NCBI GenBank assembly: GCA_017442305.1
Contig: JAFRZY010000006.1
Location: forward strand, 95,880 to 127,879
DNA length: 32,000 bases
From: Bacilli bacterium
GTDB lineage: Bacteria; Bacillota_I; Bacilli_A; RF39; UBA660
Direction of reading: 5' to 3'
A program made the translations under genes and the position numbers. The notes beneath the pieces are model-generated. The model saw only the letters and a program-made list of their open reading frames with translations. It did no database searches and had not been told where the DNA came from. Every line of letters starts with the position of its first letter. Position 1 is the stretch's first letter. Positions 30,745 through 32,000 of this stretch are shown one piece after another.

Positions 30745-30902
30745 GTCTATATTTATATATTTAGGTAACTAATACTGCTCATTACCAGGGAATAATCTTG
30801 TTTCCAATCTAAATAGATTACTATATAAATAGTTACTTCCTCTCATTATAAGCCTTAACTTATAACCCTCAGAATTAGTAATTTACTAACATTAGTAGGA
30901 AT

Positions 30903-31018
30903 CTGGGCGCGCACCAGGGTTGTCATTGTTGACGTTGTTGTTGTTGACATTGCCATCGTTATTGACATACCACGCATTCGCATTGTCGTTGTCATCGTTG
31001 AAGTTATACGGAGCGGAA
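30903..31018 (-). repeat. DGR template repeat (TR)
   Basis: 116 nt homologous to 31177-31293. The coding-strand frame reads SAPYNFNDDNDNANAWYVNNDGNVNNNNVNNDNPGARP, with 15 Asn codons (10 AAC + 5 AAT). It is noncoding, since a stop follows 4 codons after the homology. It ends in the GC-rich CCCTGGTGCGCGCCCAG. Confidence 0.9.
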
Positions 31019-31057
31019 AAAAGCACGCTTTTATATAGACTATCCCCAAAATTCATT

Positions 31058-31081
31058 CCCAAAACGAAGAGTCGTTTTGGG
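31058..31081 (-). terminator. hairpin between target gene stop and TR (possible terminator of the target gene)
   Basis: 9-bp stem cccaaaacg / cgttttggg with a 6-nt loop. On the minus strand it is followed by AAUGAAUUUU, a weak U-tract. Confidence 0.4.
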
Positions 31082-31099
31082 AAATTATTTCTTATCTTT

Positions 31100-31345
31100 T
31101 TATTTTACTACAATGGTATATTCTGAACCTATCTGTCCATTTCCTTCAAACTGAACATCAGCTTTCAGATTGATAACTGGGCGCGCACCAGGGAAGTCAT
31201 AGTTGACGCTGTAGTTGCTGACATCGCCATCGTTACCGACAGACCACGCACTCGCATCGCCGTCGCCATCGTAGAAGTTAATGGGGAGCGGAAGTCCAAT
31301 ACATTTCATTGCTATACAGATAATATGTACTGTTGCCTGCCACAT
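31100..31345 (-). CDS. C-terminal, VR-containing fragment of the DGR target (variable) protein, in a different frame from the upstream part
   Basis: The frame encodes ...INFYDGDGDASAWSVGNDGDVSNYSVNYDFPGARPVINLKADVQFEGNGQIGSEYTIVVK*. This is homologous to the C-terminus of the paralog 8583..9899 (GVRPVINLKGNVTFTGNGRIDTNSPYEIVIE*). The annotated Met start is probably not real. Confidence 0.7.
   Translation of the reverse strand: MWQATVHIICIAMKCIGLPLPINFYDGDGDASAWSVGNDGDVSNYSVNYDFPGARPVINLKADVQFEGNGQIGSEYTIVVK
31177..31293 (-). repeat. DGR variable repeat (VR) at the 3-prime end of the target gene
   Basis: 117 nt aligned to TR with an offset of +274. In the core (31194-31273) there are 16 mismatches, all at positions where the TR coding strand has A. 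The shared GC-rich 17-mer at the 3-prime end (31177-31193) is a candidate IMH core. Confidence 0.9.
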
Positions 31346-32000
31346 TATTTCCTCCTGCTAAATATGCTTCATCTGCTGTTAATAAACCAACCGGATTTGA
31401 TAATAACCCATTTCCTAATGATTCACTTGTTGTATATCTATCACTTTTATTTGCGCATGTTAATTCTGGTGCTTTATTATCTCCTAATCTGCCCATTGGG
31501 CCATAATATTCATTTGTATATACTGCAGCATTTGGATCTGTTGTTACTGACCAATCTTCATTTAAATATTCATACTTATATATTTCTCTATCGTTGCAGA
31601 AAATAGAGTCTGCTATATATTTTTCATAATTCTCTTTTAAGTGTTCTTCATACCAATCATCTACTACACTTTTAATTGTACTATCTGTTTCAACACCATT
31701 TACATCATAAGTATATCCTACATATTTTGCTTCGTTATAATCTGTGTTATATGCTGTATTTGCTATTGTTGCTGTATGAGAAACTCCATTTTCTACAGGT
31801 GATGTCCCATCATAAATCATACGAATTGTTCCATCACCATTAATTCTAACAATTCGCCAATACATTGGTGTTCCTGACGCCACTTCAACTTCTTTTGTTG
31901 TCCAATTATTATAATCATATACTGTCAACGTTGTATCTTTCGCATATGTTCCAAATTTGACATAGTTGTTGGTTGGTGCTCCTCTAAAGTAATAACTAAT
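31278..32000 (-). CDS. N-terminal/central part of the DGR target protein (5-prime end lies beyond the window; terminated by TAA inside the VR 5-prime edge)
   Basis: The frame is open to position 32000 (..SYYFRGAPTNNYVKFGTYAKD.. upstream of the ORF-track Met). It is about 84% identical to paralog 8583..9899 across MYWRI..CNDREI. It ends ...EMYWTSAPH*, where the paralog continues YWTSSPSS... Confidence 0.75.
   Translation of the reverse strand: MSYYFRGAPTNNYVKFGTYAKDTTLTVYDYNNWTTKEVEVASGTPMYWRIVRINGDGTIRMIYDGTSPVENGVSHTATIANTAYNTDYNEAKYVGYTYDVNGVETDSTIKSVVDDWYEEHLKENYEKYIADSIFCNDREIYKYEYLNEDWSVTTDPNAAVYTNEYYGPMGRLGDNKAPELTCANKSDRYTTSESLGNGLLSNPVGLLTADEAYLAGGNNVAGNSTYYLYSNEMYWTSAPH

Larger units (their letters stand above)
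28831..32000 (-). mobile_element. diversity-generating retroelement (DGR) cassette: target/VR - TR - MutS-like ORF - Avd - RT (target gene truncated by the window end)
   Basis: All parts are co-oriented on the minus strand. RT has the DGR-type motif 4. There is an Avd-like 117-aa ORF. The 116/117-nt TR/VR pair differs only at TR adenines in its core. See the individual features. Confidence 0.9.

Noticed and set aside
30785-30791. Extra copy of the 7-mer accaggg (CCCTGGT on the coding strand) in the spacer, also present at the 3-prime ends of TR and VR
   Set aside because: It is too short to distinguish from chance, and there is no extended complementarity or repeat around it. It is noted only as something to test if the DGR RNA structure is modelled.
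30855-31126. ORF-track ORFs 30855..31049 (-) and 30920..31126 (+) overlapping TR
   Set aside because: They are out-of-frame or antisense readings of the TR (Thr/Met/Ser-rich low complexity such as TTMRMRGMSITMAMSTTTTSTMTT). They have no RBS and are explained by TR itself. TR is noncoding in DGRs.

Overview
This is an AT-rich chromosomal window of low-GC Bacillota type (GC estimated by eye, not computed). It uses the standard genetic code and is densely packed, mostly on the minus strand. About 25 genes from 0 to 28.8 kb are housekeeping or envelope genes: trmL, a P-type Ca2+-type ATPase, a MacB-like fused ABC transporter, clpC, lysS, murC, dusB, pduL, yebC, a patatin, an epimerase and a ZIP transporter. 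Interspersed are surface-protein loci: a class B sortase with its substrate, and a collagen-like GXT-repeat protein next to a GT-TPR glycosyltransferase. I saw no rRNA, tRNA, CRISPR array or transposase. The outstanding element is a complete diversity-generating retroelement (DGR) at 28.8-32.0 kb on the minus strand. Its order is target gene (which runs off the window end), VR, terminator-like hairpin, TR, spacer with a perfect 10-bp hairpin, a MutS-domain-I-like accessory ORF, Avd and the reverse transcriptase. TR (30903-31018) and VR (31177-31293) differ in their core at 16 positions, and every one is an adenine on the TR coding strand. TR is built from Asn AAC/AAT codons. As sequenced, the target ORF is broken by a 1-nt length difference exactly at the 5-prime edge of VR. 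A non-diversified paralog about 84% identical to the target (hand count over about 95 aa) lies 21 kb away at 8583-9899. All homology calls are motif recognition by eye, and no database search was run.
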